Shown in pieces: positions 37,670-47,671 of a stretch of 64,000 nt of DNA. Within the stretch, counting starts at the first letter, position 1. Each line of letters begins with the position of its first letter. A program made the translations under genes and the position numbers. The notes beneath the pieces are model-generated. The model was not told the origin of the DNA and did not search any database. It worked only from the letters and a program-made list of their open reading frames with translations. The stretch is from Longimicrobiales bacterium (lineage in GTDB: Bacteria; Gemmatimonadota; Gemmatimonadetes; Longimicrobiales; Gaopeijiaceae): the NCBI GenBank assembly GCA_965219445.1, contig CBDCNQ010000004.1:384001-448000 (forward strand), given 5' to 3'.

Positions 37670-38479
37670 TCAGCGTATGCGGGAGAAGACCCGACCAAGC
37701 CGGACCTCACGAAGCCACGGAAACGGCCTGAATGAGCCTTTGTTGTAGGAGAAATAGATGAACGAGGCTCGCCCTTCGAGCCGCCAGCCCTCGAGCAGTC
37801 CCCAGTACCGGGAATCGAGGCTCGTGTCCCGATTGTCGCCCAACATGAAGTAGCGGTCCTCCGGGATCACGAGAGGACCCCAATTGTCCCGCGTCGGTCG
37901 GTAGGTCGTCTTCGATACGGCATCGACCAGATGCTCCGACTGCCACGCCATCCAAGCGTGCGGGTCATCCCCCGCGGGATCCACATGTTTGACGTAGGGC
38001 TCGCTCTGGATATGCCCGTTTAGCGTAAGCACCCCGTCCTTCATGGAGACGGTATCTCCCGGAACACCGATGAGGCGCTTGACGAGCTTGAGATCGGGCT
38101 CGTGCGGTGGATCGAAAACGAGAACGTCCCCACGTCGGACCGAAGAGTACCCCGGGATACGAGTCTGTGTACCCGGAATTCGCACACCCACGGCAGCCCG
38201 ATTCGCGATCAGGAAATCACCAATCAGAAGCGCGTTTTCCATTGATCCCGAGGTGATCACGAAGGTCTGCAGAATAAAAGTGCGAATGACGACGAAAAGC
38301 ACCGCGGCCACCAGGAGCGATTTCGCCCACTCCATGAGACCACCATCGGGTGCCTTGGCGTGGCCCTGAGATTTCTCCTTCGCCGGCTTCTCTTCTGCGG
38401 GAGCGCCCCCACCCTTCTCTCTCACGCCAATGGGCGCCTCACCCACGCCACCGCGATGTCGTCGATTCTTTTTCGCCAT
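37670..38479 (-). CDS. lepB: Signal peptidase I
   Basis: SGSM, VKRLIG and GDNRDTSLDSRYWG motifs. Confidence 0.96.
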   Translation of the reverse strand: MAKKNRRHRGGVGEAPIGVREKGGGAPAEEKPAKEKSQGHAKAPDGGLMEWAKSLLVAAVLFVVIRTFILQTFVITSGSMENALLIGDFLIANRAAVGVRIPGTQTRIPGYSSVRRGDVLVFDPPHEPDLKLVKRLIGVPGDTVSMKDGVLTLNGHIQSEPYVKHVDPAGDDPHAWMAWQSEHLVDAVSKTTYRPTRDNWGPLVIPEDRYFMLGDNRDTSLDSRYWGLLEGWRLEGRASFIYFSYNKGSFRPFPWLREVRLGRVFSRIR

Positions 38480-38485
38480 AGTCGA

Positions 38486-38974
38486 TTATCGTAAGAACCT
38501 GCGGACGTCCCACCAGGGCGCTTCCTCGCCCTCATCCTCATCCGCACCCACGTCGGGAGCCCAATCATTACCTAGCATTACGGTCACATCAAGGTAAAGG
38601 TTCGCATCGGGCTGACTCTCCACCCAGCGCGTACCAAGTGCTCGCCCGACCGCCGCCGCTGCTCGTGGTCTCGCGGAGCGGTCGAGTACGATGGTGGAAT
38701 CCTGCCCGAAGGTGTCCGCATTACCGAAATAAACGACGTCGAAACCGCGGTCCCGTAGGTGGTCGGTAGCAAGGCGAGCCATACCCTCCGTCCCCCCTGC
38801 GTTGAGAACTTCTACCCGGACTCGACCCAACCCCGCGGCGGTGGAATTCAGGGGCGGCGGTGCCACACGCTCCTGCTGGGGCAACGGGTTCCACTGCGAC
38901 ACCGCCGATCCGATGAAGATTCCCGCAGCCAGTACTACGCCGAGGACGATTAGACCTCGGAGGCGCTCGCCCAT
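38486..38974 (-). CDS. LytR C-terminal domain protein
   Basis: N-terminal TM, then VEVLNAGG..GMA and DVTVMLGND. Confidence 0.85.
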   Translation of the reverse strand: MGERLRGLIVLGVVLAAGIFIGSAVSQWNPLPQQERVAPPPLNSTAAGLGRVRVEVLNAGGTEGMARLATDHLRDRGFDVVYFGNADTFGQDSTIVLDRSARPRAAAAVGRALGTRWVESQPDANLYLDVTVMLGNDWAPDVGADEDEGEEAPWWDVRRFLR

Positions 38975-39633
38975 GATTTCCCTTTCGCCAGGACGTTCCA
39001 CAGTCCGAGCGTCTCCGGAGGCACGGGCCGACCTTTCCTGATTAGAAACTGAACCCGTTTTCCTGCCACCGCCTGGGCCACCGAGTCGAGGCCCCCCGGC
39101 ATTTCACTGCGCAACCCCGCCCTCCATTTAGGCTGAACCTTACGCCCAGGCTCGATGAAGTCCGCCACGTAGAGCGCTTTTCCGAGATCGTCGAAGTTCG
39201 GACTTCCCAGCGAGTGGAATGCAATAGCGGTAAGTAAAGGTTCATCCGTGACCCCACTCCGGTGAAGCCGATCCGCCGCGGCCGGACCGTGGATGACCTC
39301 GTCCGGCATGTGATCCAGAGGCCTCGAAAGCCCGGCGCGGAGTTCAGCCGGATCCGCATCGCGCAGCGCGTCATGAAGATATCCCACTGCGACCCAACGC
39401 TGGACGTCCAACGGGTCGTCACCCCGGACCTCGCCCCACTCCTGAAGCAGCTCCGCCACCCGCGCCATGTGTGCCCTGCGCTTCTTCCGGGCGACGGCCC
39501 AATCGGGAAGAACCCCGCGAGCAGCCGCGGAAACCAATGGATGGAGTTCTCTCACACCCGTCCTCCGGCCAGTGCGGGTGTGCTCTCGAGTGATATGGAG
39601 GCTATACGTTCGGGCATCGCTCGGTTCTGTCAT
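38950..39633 (-). CDS. HD-domain hydrolase, YqeK-like
   Basis: HMARV, LHD, HGPAAA, AIAFH and LYVADFIEPGR motifs. Confidence 0.85.
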   Translation of the reverse strand: MTEPSDARTYSLHITREHTRTGRRTGVRELHPLVSAAARGVLPDWAVARKKRRAHMARVAELLQEWGEVRGDDPLDVQRWVAVGYLHDALRDADPAELRAGLSRPLDHMPDEVIHGPAAADRLHRSGVTDEPLLTAIAFHSLGSPNFDDLGKALYVADFIEPGRKVQPKWRAGLRSEMPGGLDSVAQAVAGKRVQFLIRKGRPVPPETLGLWNVLAKGKSWASASEV

Positions 39634-39826
39634 CCACGCTTGACGGCGCCAAGATAGAGGCCTGTTGAAGAAGTGGGGCGAGCCGCGTTAGGAGCGCCAC
39701 GGGGTCACATCCCAGGTGGCGCCCCCAAGAAATAGCATAGCTACGTCGAGCGGCACCAACAACGGAGATGGCCCGGTGCCGCCCTAACCGGACACCGACA
39801 GGGCGCCAGCCCGCTATCTTCCCTCG

Positions 39827-41524
39827 ATGACGATGCGATGGGATCCGGTTCTGACCGCCGCCATAGCCGCCGAACTGACCGACGCCCTGTCGGGAGCGCG
39901 GCTCACGGGAATTTTTCTCGATCACGGCTCCAGGGCCCTCCACGCCTACTTTCGCGAGGTGTCTGTTTTGGTCGACCTCGCGCCTTCCCATCTCGGCGTA
40001 GAGATTCTCGGAACGTCCGAGCCTCCAGAAGGGAGTCGCACTTTCCCTTGTACATTGGCGGCGGTCGAGCACATCCCCGACGAAAGGGTACTCGTCTTCC
40101 TTCTGACCCGGATCCGTGGGCGGGGAGGCGCAGTTCGAATCGTCGTCGAGTTCGTACCCCGCCGAAGCAACGCTACGGTGGTCGAGGGAGACGAATGGAC
40201 GGTCCGGCATGTGCTGGTTCCACACTCGGGAACTCGAGGACCCAGGGTTGGAAACCCGTACCCAAAGCCAGTCTCGGACAGGCACGGCGTGGATGTTCCT
40301 CTGGTCTTTCGGCACTGGCTCGAGATCCTCGAGCCGGAGGAAACGATGAAAGAGAGAGAACGCGTTCTTCTTCAAGAGGTCGCATTCACGTCTCCCATAA
40401 ACGCCCCAGCACTCCTGGGCGGTGCAGACGGGTGGGGTGACGACACCTCGCTAGAGACCGGCTACGAGCTCTGGCGACACTTGAGGGAGATCGGTCTCGG
40501 AGCAGGCGTTGGCGGCTCTCCCCGGTCGGGCACCGGCCGGTCTCCAAGGGTGGCCCTTACTCTTCAATGCGAGTGGGGAGACCAGCCCTACCCGGCGGAG
40601 CTGCCTGCGTACGGTCACCAAACATCAGGATCACTCCTCGAAGCTGTCGAGCAGGTGCGGCGAGCCGCCGGAGCCGGTGCGGTCCTGACTCCCTCCCGAT
40701 GGACGAACGCCTTGGCGGACGCCCTCCGCACGGTGCGTAAGAAACACGGCAAGCTCGAGCGAGAACTCGCAGCCACCCCGGACCCACAAACACTGCGCAT
40801 ACAAGGAGACACGATTCTCGCGCACCTGCACCTCGTGAAAAAGGGAGCCGCTGAGGTGACGCTTCCGGGCTTCCAGGGCACCCCGGAGACGATCGTTCTC
40901 GATCCGACGCTCGCCCCGCAGGGGAATGCCGAACGCCTCTACGATCGAGCTGGACGGGCCGAGCGGGCGCGGGCGAAATTGCCCACGTTGATCCAGGAGG
41001 CGGAGTCCCGCGTCGCCGCACTGAGCGAGCTTCTGGACCGGGTTCGAACGGGGGAGGCCTCGGCGGGCGAGATCCGGGAGGCGCTTCCCGAGTCCGGCAC
41101 GGGCGGGGGCGGAACACAGGACTCCCCTGGACCATCCCTTCCCTACAGGCGCTATTGGACATCGGGGGGATTGGAAGTGCGCGTCGGGCGCGGATCCAAA
41201 CACAACGATCAACTGACCTTCAAGCACGCTGCGCCAAACGATATCTGGCTTCACGCGAGACATTCGGCGGGCGCTCACGTGGTGCTCCGGTGGAACGGGA
41301 GAGAGACGCCGCCGGCTCGGGATCTGGAGCAGGCAGCCATTCTCGCTGCCCTTCACTCGAAGTCCCGATCCTCCGGGAGCGTGCCGGTCGACTGGACGAG
41401 GAGGAAGTACGTGCGGAAGCCCAGAAAGGCCCCTCCGGGCAGTGTTCAGTTGGACCGCGCAAAAACGCTGTTCGTCGAACCCGACCCTTCGCTTCCGGAT
41501 CGGCTCAAGGAGCGTAAGGACTAG
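39827..41524 (+). CDS. NFACT-family protein (RqcH/FbpA-like)
   Basis: N-terminal DERVL, coiled coil, C-terminal NFACT-R domain (VGR...ND.LT, WLHA...GAHV, VDWT..KYVRKP). Confidence 0.88.
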   Translation: MTMRWDPVLTAAIAAELTDALSGARLTGIFLDHGSRALHAYFREVSVLVDLAPSHLGVEILGTSEPPEGSRTFPCTLAAVEHIPDERVLVFLLTRIRGRGGAVRIVVEFVPRRSNATVVEGDEWTVRHVLVPHSGTRGPRVGNPYPKPVSDRHGVDVPLVFRHWLEILEPEETMKERERVLLQEVAFTSPINAPALLGGADGWGDDTSLETGYELWRHLREIGLGAGVGGSPRSGTGRSPRVALTLQCEWGDQPYPAELPAYGHQTSGSLLEAVEQVRRAAGAGAVLTPSRWTNALADALRTVRKKHGKLERELAATPDPQTLRIQGDTILAHLHLVKKGAAEVTLPGFQGTPETIVLDPTLAPQGNAERLYDRAGRAERARAKLPTLIQEAESRVAALSELLDRVRTGEASAGEIREALPESGTGGGGTQDSPGPSLPYRRYWTSGGLEVRVGRGSKHNDQLTFKHAAPNDIWLHARHSAGAHVVLRWNGRETPPARDLEQAAILAALHSKSRSSGSVPVDWTRRKYVRKPRKAPPGSVQLDRAKTLFVEPDPSLPDRLKERKD

Positions 41525-41731
41525 GAAGGCTGTTGAAGGAGTAGTTGGGCGGTTGATCCTGCGTCTCTCCTCCTCGCCGTAGCGCTGCTACGCCTCGTCG
41601 TCGTTCGTTCTTCGCCTTCGGCTCAGGTGCCGCGGAAACCATTGCTCGACGTCGTACACCACGTCCGCGACGTTGTCTGAACGCGCACAAGCGCCCTGTG
41701 CGCGACCCGCTGTACTCCTTCAACAGCCTTC
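41525..41731. mobile_element. MITE-like non-autonomous element with 19-bp perfect terminal inverted repeats
   Basis: GAAGGCTGTTGAAGGAGTA (41525-41543) and TACTCCTTCAACAGCCTTC (41713-41731); no transposase. Confidence 0.75.
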
Positions 41732-42536
41732 ACGGTACCTCGGCGCCGCTCGAGACTTCATCCATAGCGGACCGTAGAGAGGCGAGGAGGGTAGCCGCTC
41801 CCTCTGGGCCACCCTCATCCAAAGCATGGATCAGCGCACTGCCGACGACGACGCCGTCGGCGACGCCGCTGACCAGCGCCGCTTGTTCGGGTGTGGAGAT
41901 CCCGAAACCCACGGCCACCGGAAGCTCCACCACTTCACAGAGAGTCCTTACCTCCCCCTCCAAGTCTTCTGCCAAGGCCTCACGAGCTCCCGTCACTCCG
42001 GTCCTGGAGATGTAATAGAGGAATCCTTGACCCTGCTCCGCGATCGCGGCAGCACGATCTGGTCGCGTCGTGGGAGCGATCAGGCGGATCAAGTCCAGGG
42101 CAGAAGCGAGAATGGCTTCCTCGATCTGCGGGTCGGCCCCGGTGGGTACGTCGGTGAGAAGCAACCCTTGCGCCCCCGCCTCTTCGGCATCCGCCAGAAA
42201 CGCCTCGAGGCCGTACCGGAGGAGCGGGTTCAGATAGCTGAAGAGCACGATCGGGGCATGCGATCCGCGCCTGAACTCGGCCAGCACCTCCAGAGTTCCC
42301 GCAACCGACATGCCGCCCTCGAGCGCCCTGAAGGTGGATTCCTGAATGGTCGGACCATCCGCAAGCGGGTCGCTGAACGGGATCCCCAGCTCCAGCACGT
42401 CGCCACCCGCTTCCGCCAGGCCCGCCAGCACGTCTACGGTTGCGGAGCGGGACGGGAAGCCGGAAGTCACGTACGGAACCAGAGTAGCCCGCCCCTCACC
42501 CCGGCGCTCTGCAAAACTCTCAGAGATGCTCGGCAT
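41730..42536 (-). CDS. trpA: Tryptophan synthase alpha subunit
   Basis: ELGIPFSDPLADGPTIQ, SRTGVTG and VGFGIS motifs. Confidence 0.97.
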   Translation of the reverse strand: MPSISESFAERRGEGRATLVPYVTSGFPSRSATVDVLAGLAEAGGDVLELGIPFSDPLADGPTIQESTFRALEGGMSVAGTLEVLAEFRRGSHAPIVLFSYLNPLLRYGLEAFLADAEEAGAQGLLLTDVPTGADPQIEEAILASALDLIRLIAPTTRPDRAAAIAEQGQGFLYYISRTGVTGAREALAEDLEGEVRTLCEVVELPVAVGFGISTPEQAALVSGVADGVVVGSALIHALDEGGPEGAATLLASLRSAMDEVSSGAEVP

Positions 42537-42584
42537 AGGACTCGAAACCGCCGCAGAGGATGGAGCTCATCTGGCTTCTGGAGC

Positions 42585-43991
42585 TCAGAGGAGGTAGTCG
42601 CTGACGCGGATGCCATACTTCTGCGCATCCGTCGTCCTTACGATCGTGCGGTCGCTTTCGGCAAGGTCCACCGTGACGGGCGCTTCCAGTGGCCCGCCCT
42701 TGCTATCGGAAATCACCTTCACCATGGGCTCATGGAGGTGCTGGATTTCCGCATGGGTCTTGGATACGACGGCCAACTCGTGCGTATCGAGAATCACGAG
42801 CGTTCCGACCGGATACACACCTGTCGACGTGATCAGCGCCTTGACGATGAGCTGATCGAACCCGCGCCGGGGATTGTCCCTCATTTCCTTGAGCACCTCA
42901 TCCGGAGGCCAGGGCTCGTATTGGTAACTCCGCACTGAGGTCCCCGCGTCGAAGCCGTCCGCCACCGCGACGATCCGTGAGAACAGTCCGAGATCCCGGG
43001 TGCGTTCGTTCTGAGGATACCCGGAAAGATCGATCTTCATGTGGTGCTCGTAGGCCATGAGCATCTGACGGTACGGCAAATCAGCAAAGCCATGCATCTG
43101 GAACAAGAGGAGCAGGCCCTCTGTGGGATGATCCTTGAGCTGGATCCACTCATCCTCCGACAGTCCACCGGCCTTGTTTATGATTTCGGTGTCCACGCGC
43201 ATCTTGCCAATATCGTGGAGTAGCGCGCCGAGACCCAACTCGTACAGCTGTAATTTCGTGAACCCGAGCCGTTGTCCGATGACGACGCTGAAGATGCAGA
43301 CGTTGACCGAGTGCGTGAACGTGTACTCATCGAATCCGCGAAGCGTCGTCATCGTCACCATGGACGACTCATTGTCGAGGACTTGGTCGACGATGCCTTG
43401 AACGGCGCGCTTCACCTTGCGGGCATTCACCGCCTTGCCCAGACGCATGCCGGTGAGCGCATCCTTCGCCACCTTCACGGACTGGGCGTACGTTCCCTTG
43501 GCTTCATCGAGCGCGTCGCGCTCGATGAGTTCGGGTTCGGCAGCCTCCGCCTCGGGCCGGACGTCGATATGGTTCACCTTCGTTTGCGTCAAGCCGTCGA
43601 TGAACCCCTCGAACGGATCGTCCGCCGGGCTCCCTATGAGTAGGGTCACGAAGGGGACCCACTCGTGACGCTCCACACCGGGTCCCACACCGACCTCCCC
43701 GATGCCGTGACTCGCCAGCACGGTCGCCAGGTTTCCGAAGGTGGAGAAGTTTGACAGATCCATCCGCAGACGGACCTCGTTCAGGAAGAAAAAGTCACCG
43801 GAGATATTCAGATCGAACTCCCCCTCAGTCTCCAGGAGGGTGCCCATCTGTCCGTGCAGGTCGTCGATAGCCTGCTGGACCCGCTCGTTCTCTTCCGGAT
43901 AAAGGCGCATCGACCGTATCACGACGTTGATCGCCGTGAGCAGCCTTCCACCCAGTTCCCGAATTTCGCCGGAATCGTCCCTCGAACTCAC
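42585..43991 (-). CDS. HD-GYP domain protein (putative cyclic dinucleotide phosphodiesterase)
   Basis: DEYTFTHSVNV, LLHDIGK, HHMKIDLSGYP, IVAVAD and YPVGTLV motifs. Confidence 0.9.
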   Translation of the reverse strand: MSSRDDSGEIRELGGRLLTAINVVIRSMRLYPEENERVQQAIDDLHGQMGTLLETEGEFDLNISGDFFFLNEVRLRMDLSNFSTFGNLATVLASHGIGEVGVGPGVERHEWVPFVTLLIGSPADDPFEGFIDGLTQTKVNHIDVRPEAEAAEPELIERDALDEAKGTYAQSVKVAKDALTGMRLGKAVNARKVKRAVQGIVDQVLDNESSMVTMTTLRGFDEYTFTHSVNVCIFSVVIGQRLGFTKLQLYELGLGALLHDIGKMRVDTEIINKAGGLSEDEWIQLKDHPTEGLLLLFQMHGFADLPYRQMLMAYEHHMKIDLSGYPQNERTRDLGLFSRIVAVADGFDAGTSVRSYQYEPWPPDEVLKEMRDNPRRGFDQLIVKALITSTGVYPVGTLVILDTHELAVVSKTHAEIQHLHEPMVKVISDSKGGPLEAPVTVDLAESDRTIVRTTDAQKYGIRVSDYLL

Positions 43992-45763
43992 TCGGCCTCC
44001 TCCTCGACTCCCGGGCCCTGGAGGGCGTGCCGTACCGCCGTGCGGACCACGGCATCCTCGTCCTTCTCGGCGGCCCCTAGAGCCTCCTGGGCATTGGGAA
44101 GCCCGGTCTTGCCCAGGGCCCGTGCCGCCGAGGCGCGGATCTCCGACGGCTCACGGCGGCCGAGAAATCCCTTCTTGTTGAGAAGTTCACTCAGAACGTC
44201 CACCGCGCTGGCCCCGCCGAGCACTCCGTAACTTTCGAAAAACGCGATCTTCTCGGTGAGGTCGGCCTGGCGGATCTCCTTGCCGGTCACCGACTCCTTC
44301 AACGCCGGCGCTGCCCCCTCGTGCCCAAGAGCCTCTAGCGCCTCAGCCGCCGCCACGCGGACATCAGACTCCTCGTCGGAGAGCGCGCCGACGAGCACAT
44401 CCGTAGTGCTCGCCTGCCCGAGCAACTGCGCCGCCCCGACGACGGCGAGCCTGACGGCGGCATCCGGATGCACCATAAGGGCCGCGAGTTTGGGGGCCGC
44501 ATCCGTAATTCCCATCTCGCCGACGAGGCGCACTGCCCCCGAGGACAGGACAGGGTTCATGTGCTCCAGGAGGGCGAGGACCGCCTCATGGTTTTCCTCC
44601 GCAATACCGAGCACTGCACCCCGAAGCGTGGCCTTCAAGCCGGCCGTCTCTTCCCGCTCGGCCGCCTCTAGAAGCACCGGCAGAGCACTAGGCCGAAGAA
44701 ACTTCAGAAGCCGGCCCAACACGTCGACGGAACCATCGATCGTCCCATCCTGAAGACCGCGCACTATCTCCTCGACGGTCTCCGCGGAAGAGAGATCGTC
44801 CAGGAGCCGATCACACTCCCCCTGGCGGACTTCGTCGAGGACTTCGGGCTCAGCGCGCGCCGCCGCTAACTCCTCCAAGACGTCCGCCGCGGACTCGATG
44901 GCTCCGCGGCTCAACAGACTCGGCATGAGTTCGCGAAGGATTTTCAGGATTTCCGATTTGCGCCCCAGGTACTCAGCGTCTTCCAATCGGTCGAACAGAG
45001 CGGCCAAGACATCATGCCTGACATCACGTGACATCTCGGCCCCCAACGACTGCCGAAGCTGCTCTTTTTCATCGGGATCGAGAGCGTAGAGCGTCGGCGA
45101 AAAATCCTGGCCGACCTTGGGCGGCGGGGGCCCGCCATCCGTGGTGTCCGCCTCGGCCCCAGCATCTTCGGCCGCGGCCTCGGCATCCCCGACCTCAGCC
45201 TCGAGGACTTGGGCCAATCCTGCACGGTCCTCCTCCGCCTGAGTGGTGGGAAGTACGGCACCCTCAACGATCTGGTCCACGAACGTGCACTTGAAGAACT
45301 CGAGGTCCTGCTCCCAGAGCATCGTAAGGAGGTCATCCCCTTCAGCCTTCTTGAGCAGCTTCGCGCGCTGGAGAACGCTGAGAATCTTTTCGAGCTCATG
45401 GCTCTCGACACCCGGGAGAAACGTGATGTCACGGATGCCATCCTTGTAGAGCAGGAAGGCGAGGGAGTCCGATCGGGAAGAGTTCTCGTAGACCTCTTCA
45501 CCGACCAACAGAATCCGGTGCTCCTCAACCGTAAGATTGAGGCCCTCCACTTCCTCCCAAAGCTGCTCGAAGGTCTCCCGCAGGTTGGTGGCGAAACGCT
45601 TTCGGACCGGATTGTTCTCGTCGTAGAGCTGAAAAGCCCGGAGGGCCTTGGCGAGCACAACGAAAAGCCCGCGAACCTCCACGACTGGAAGGTCGTCGCC
45701 CTCCGCCCAGTCTTCGGGCTCGTCCGAGATCGCGTCAGGGATTTCCAGGGGGTTGTCGGTCAA
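43988..45763 (-). CDS. HEAT-repeat protein
   Basis: C-terminal HEAT repeats (VRLAVVGA, VRVAAAEAL, IRASAARALG); GTGA overlap with the HD-GYP gene; start codon uncertain. Confidence 0.85.
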   Translation of the reverse strand: MTDNPLEIPDAISDEPEDWAEGDDLPVVEVRGLFVVLAKALRAFQLYDENNPVRKRFATNLRETFEQLWEEVEGLNLTVEEHRILLVGEEVYENSSRSDSLAFLLYKDGIRDITFLPGVESHELEKILSVLQRAKLLKKAEGDDLLTMLWEQDLEFFKCTFVDQIVEGAVLPTTQAEEDRAGLAQVLEAEVGDAEAAAEDAGAEADTTDGGPPPPKVGQDFSPTLYALDPDEKEQLRQSLGAEMSRDVRHDVLAALFDRLEDAEYLGRKSEILKILRELMPSLLSRGAIESAADVLEELAAARAEPEVLDEVRQGECDRLLDDLSSAETVEEIVRGLQDGTIDGSVDVLGRLLKFLRPSALPVLLEAAEREETAGLKATLRGAVLGIAEENHEAVLALLEHMNPVLSSGAVRLVGEMGITDAAPKLAALMVHPDAAVRLAVVGAAQLLGQASTTDVLVGALSDEESDVRVAAAEALEALGHEGAAPALKESVTGKEIRQADLTEKIAFFESYGVLGGASAVDVLSELLNKKGFLGRREPSEIRASAARALGKTGLPNAQEALGAAEKDEDAVVRTAVRHALQGPGVEEEAE

Positions 45764-45780
45764 TGGTCCCTCGCCCTGTA

Positions 45781-45816
45781 GTCGTATGCGCAACTAATTG
45801 GTCGTATGCACAACTA
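45781..45816. repeat. 16-bp direct repeat with 20-bp period
   Basis: GTCGTATGCGCAACTA (45781-45796) and GTCGTATGCACAACTA (45801-45816). Confidence 0.85.
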
Positions 45817-45823
45817 TCTAAAG

Positions 45824-47011
45824 TTAACCCTCTCCTTCTTCAACGCGAGCAACATGATTCACGTCCTTGTCGCCTCTACCGCTCAGGCACACCAAGAGTG
45901 ATCCGCGCCCCTGGTATTCCGGAGCCATCCGCAGGACATGCGCAATGGCGTGCGCACTCTCCAGCGCGGGTATGATTCCTTCTAGATCGGACAACCGATG
46001 AAACGCCTCGAGAGCTTCCTTGTCCGTGACGGATACGTAATGGGCACGTCCCGTGTCTTTGAGGTAGGAGTGCTCAGGGCCGACACCAGGATAGTCGAGA
46101 CCGGCGGAGATCGAGTGTGCCGGTGATACTTGCCCGTCACTATCCTGCAGCAGGTAGCTCATGGCCCCATGAAGCACCCCGGGATCGCCCGCCGCAAGCG
46201 TCGCGGAGTGTCTTCCGGAATCGATGCCCTCACCGGCGGCCTCGACACCGATGAAGTCCACCTCGTCGTCCTCCCGGAACGCGTGGAAGATGCCCATGGC
46301 ATTCGAACCGCCGCCAACACACGCCACCACGGCGGCGGGCAGCGCGCCGGTGCGAGTGAGCATTTGCTCTCGGGCCTCGTGGCCGATCACGGCTTGGAAA
46401 TCACGAACGATGCGCGGGAACGGTGACGGCCCCACGACCGAGCCGATAATGTAGTGCGTCGTCTCAACGTTGGTGACCCAATCACGGATCACTTCGTTGG
46501 TCGCGTCCTTGAGCGTGCGCGTCCCTGATCCGACGGGCCTGACTTCCGCGCCGAGGAGCTCCATTCGGTAGACGTTCAACGCCTGGCGCTCCACGTCGAC
46601 CTCGCCCATGTAAACGATGCACTCGAGGTCGAAGCGTGCGCATGCGGTAGCCGTGGCCACGCCGTGTTGGCCTGCCCCGGTCTCGGCGATGATTCGGCGC
46701 TTTCCCATGCGGCGTGCAAGCAGGGCTTGCCCGATCGTGTTGTTGATCTTGTGGGCGCCGGTGTGGTTCAGATCCTCCCGCTTCAGAAAAATCGGAGGGC
46801 CGGCCACGGACGCCTCCAATCGGGAAGCCCGGTAAAGGGGAGAGGGACGGCCTGCATAGTCCCGAAGTAGGGAGTCGAGGTCTTCGCGGAAAGCGGGATC
46901 GGCTGACGCCTCTTCGTAGGCGGCACCCAGTTCGTCCAAAGCCGAGATGAGCGTTTCGGGTACGTAGCGGCCCCCATACGGGCCGAAGCGCTCCCCTTCA
47001 GCTTCCATCAT
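45824..47011 (-). CDS. trpB: Tryptophan synthase beta subunit
   Basis: [28 protein letters not shown] and SAGLDYP motifs. Confidence 0.98.
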   Translation of the reverse strand: MMEAEGERFGPYGGRYVPETLISALDELGAAYEEASADPAFREDLDSLLRDYAGRPSPLYRASRLEASVAGPPIFLKREDLNHTGAHKINNTIGQALLARRMGKRRIIAETGAGQHGVATATACARFDLECIVYMGEVDVERQALNVYRMELLGAEVRPVGSGTRTLKDATNEVIRDWVTNVETTHYIIGSVVGPSPFPRIVRDFQAVIGHEAREQMLTRTGALPAAVVACVGGGSNAMGIFHAFREDDEVDFIGVEAAGEGIDSGRHSATLAAGDPGVLHGAMSYLLQDSDGQVSPAHSISAGLDYPGVGPEHSYLKDTGRAHYVSVTDKEALEAFHRLSDLEGIIPALESAHAIAHVLRMAPEYQGRGSLLVCLSGRGDKDVNHVARVEEGEG

Positions 47012-47664
47012 CGCTCCTCCCCGCGGGTGTTACGGACGAATGCCCGGATCAGCTCCGGGTCTTTGCGGCGAACGTGCAGCTCCACACCCGAGCTGACGTC
47101 GACGATGTCGGGCCGAAGAGCCTGGATCGCATCGGCCACATTCCCGGGTGTGAGGCCTCCCGCAACGATCACCCTCAAATCGTGCGGAATACGGTCCCTC
47201 AAAGCACGCGCACCCTCCCAGGAGAACGATGCTCCGCTACCGCCGGGCCGGTCGGGATGCCACCCATCGAGGAGAAGGCCCTCGACGGAGGCCCCTAAAG
47301 CCTCCACAGCCCTCGTCACATCTGCCGGGTCTCGAACCCGAACAGCCTTCCAAATGGCCCACTTTCCCCGCCGGCGCAACTCCTCGGCGTAATCGCCATC
47401 TTCCTCGCCGTGCAACTGGATCACCGAAGCCCCGGACAACCGCGCGATGCGCTCGGCCTCGTCCAGCGATTCGTCCACGAATACCGCCACCAGAGGCGCC
47501 TCGGCCACGAGCCCGATGTCGACGGCCTCGTCGGGCAGAATACTCCGCGGGAAACCCTGGGAAAGAATCATGCCCAGGTAATCGGCCCCGAGTTCCCGCG
47601 CGGTAACGGCATCCTCCGGATTGGTGATCCCACAGATCTTGACGCCGACGTCACTCATCTGCAT
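47008..47664 (-). CDS. trpF: Phosphoribosylanthranilate isomerase
   Basis: KICGIT, QLHG, GGSG, AGGL and DVSSGVE motifs. Confidence 0.95.
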   Translation of the reverse strand: MQMSDVGVKICGITNPEDAVTARELGADYLGMILSQGFPRSILPDEAVDIGLVAEAPLVAVFVDESLDEAERIARLSGASVIQLHGEEDGDYAEELRRRGKWAIWKAVRVRDPADVTRAVEALGASVEGLLLDGWHPDRPGGSGASFSWEGARALRDRIPHDLRVIVAGGLTPGNVADAIQALRPDIVDVSSGVELHVRRKDPELIRAFVRNTRGEER

Positions 47665-47671
47665 GCCACGC

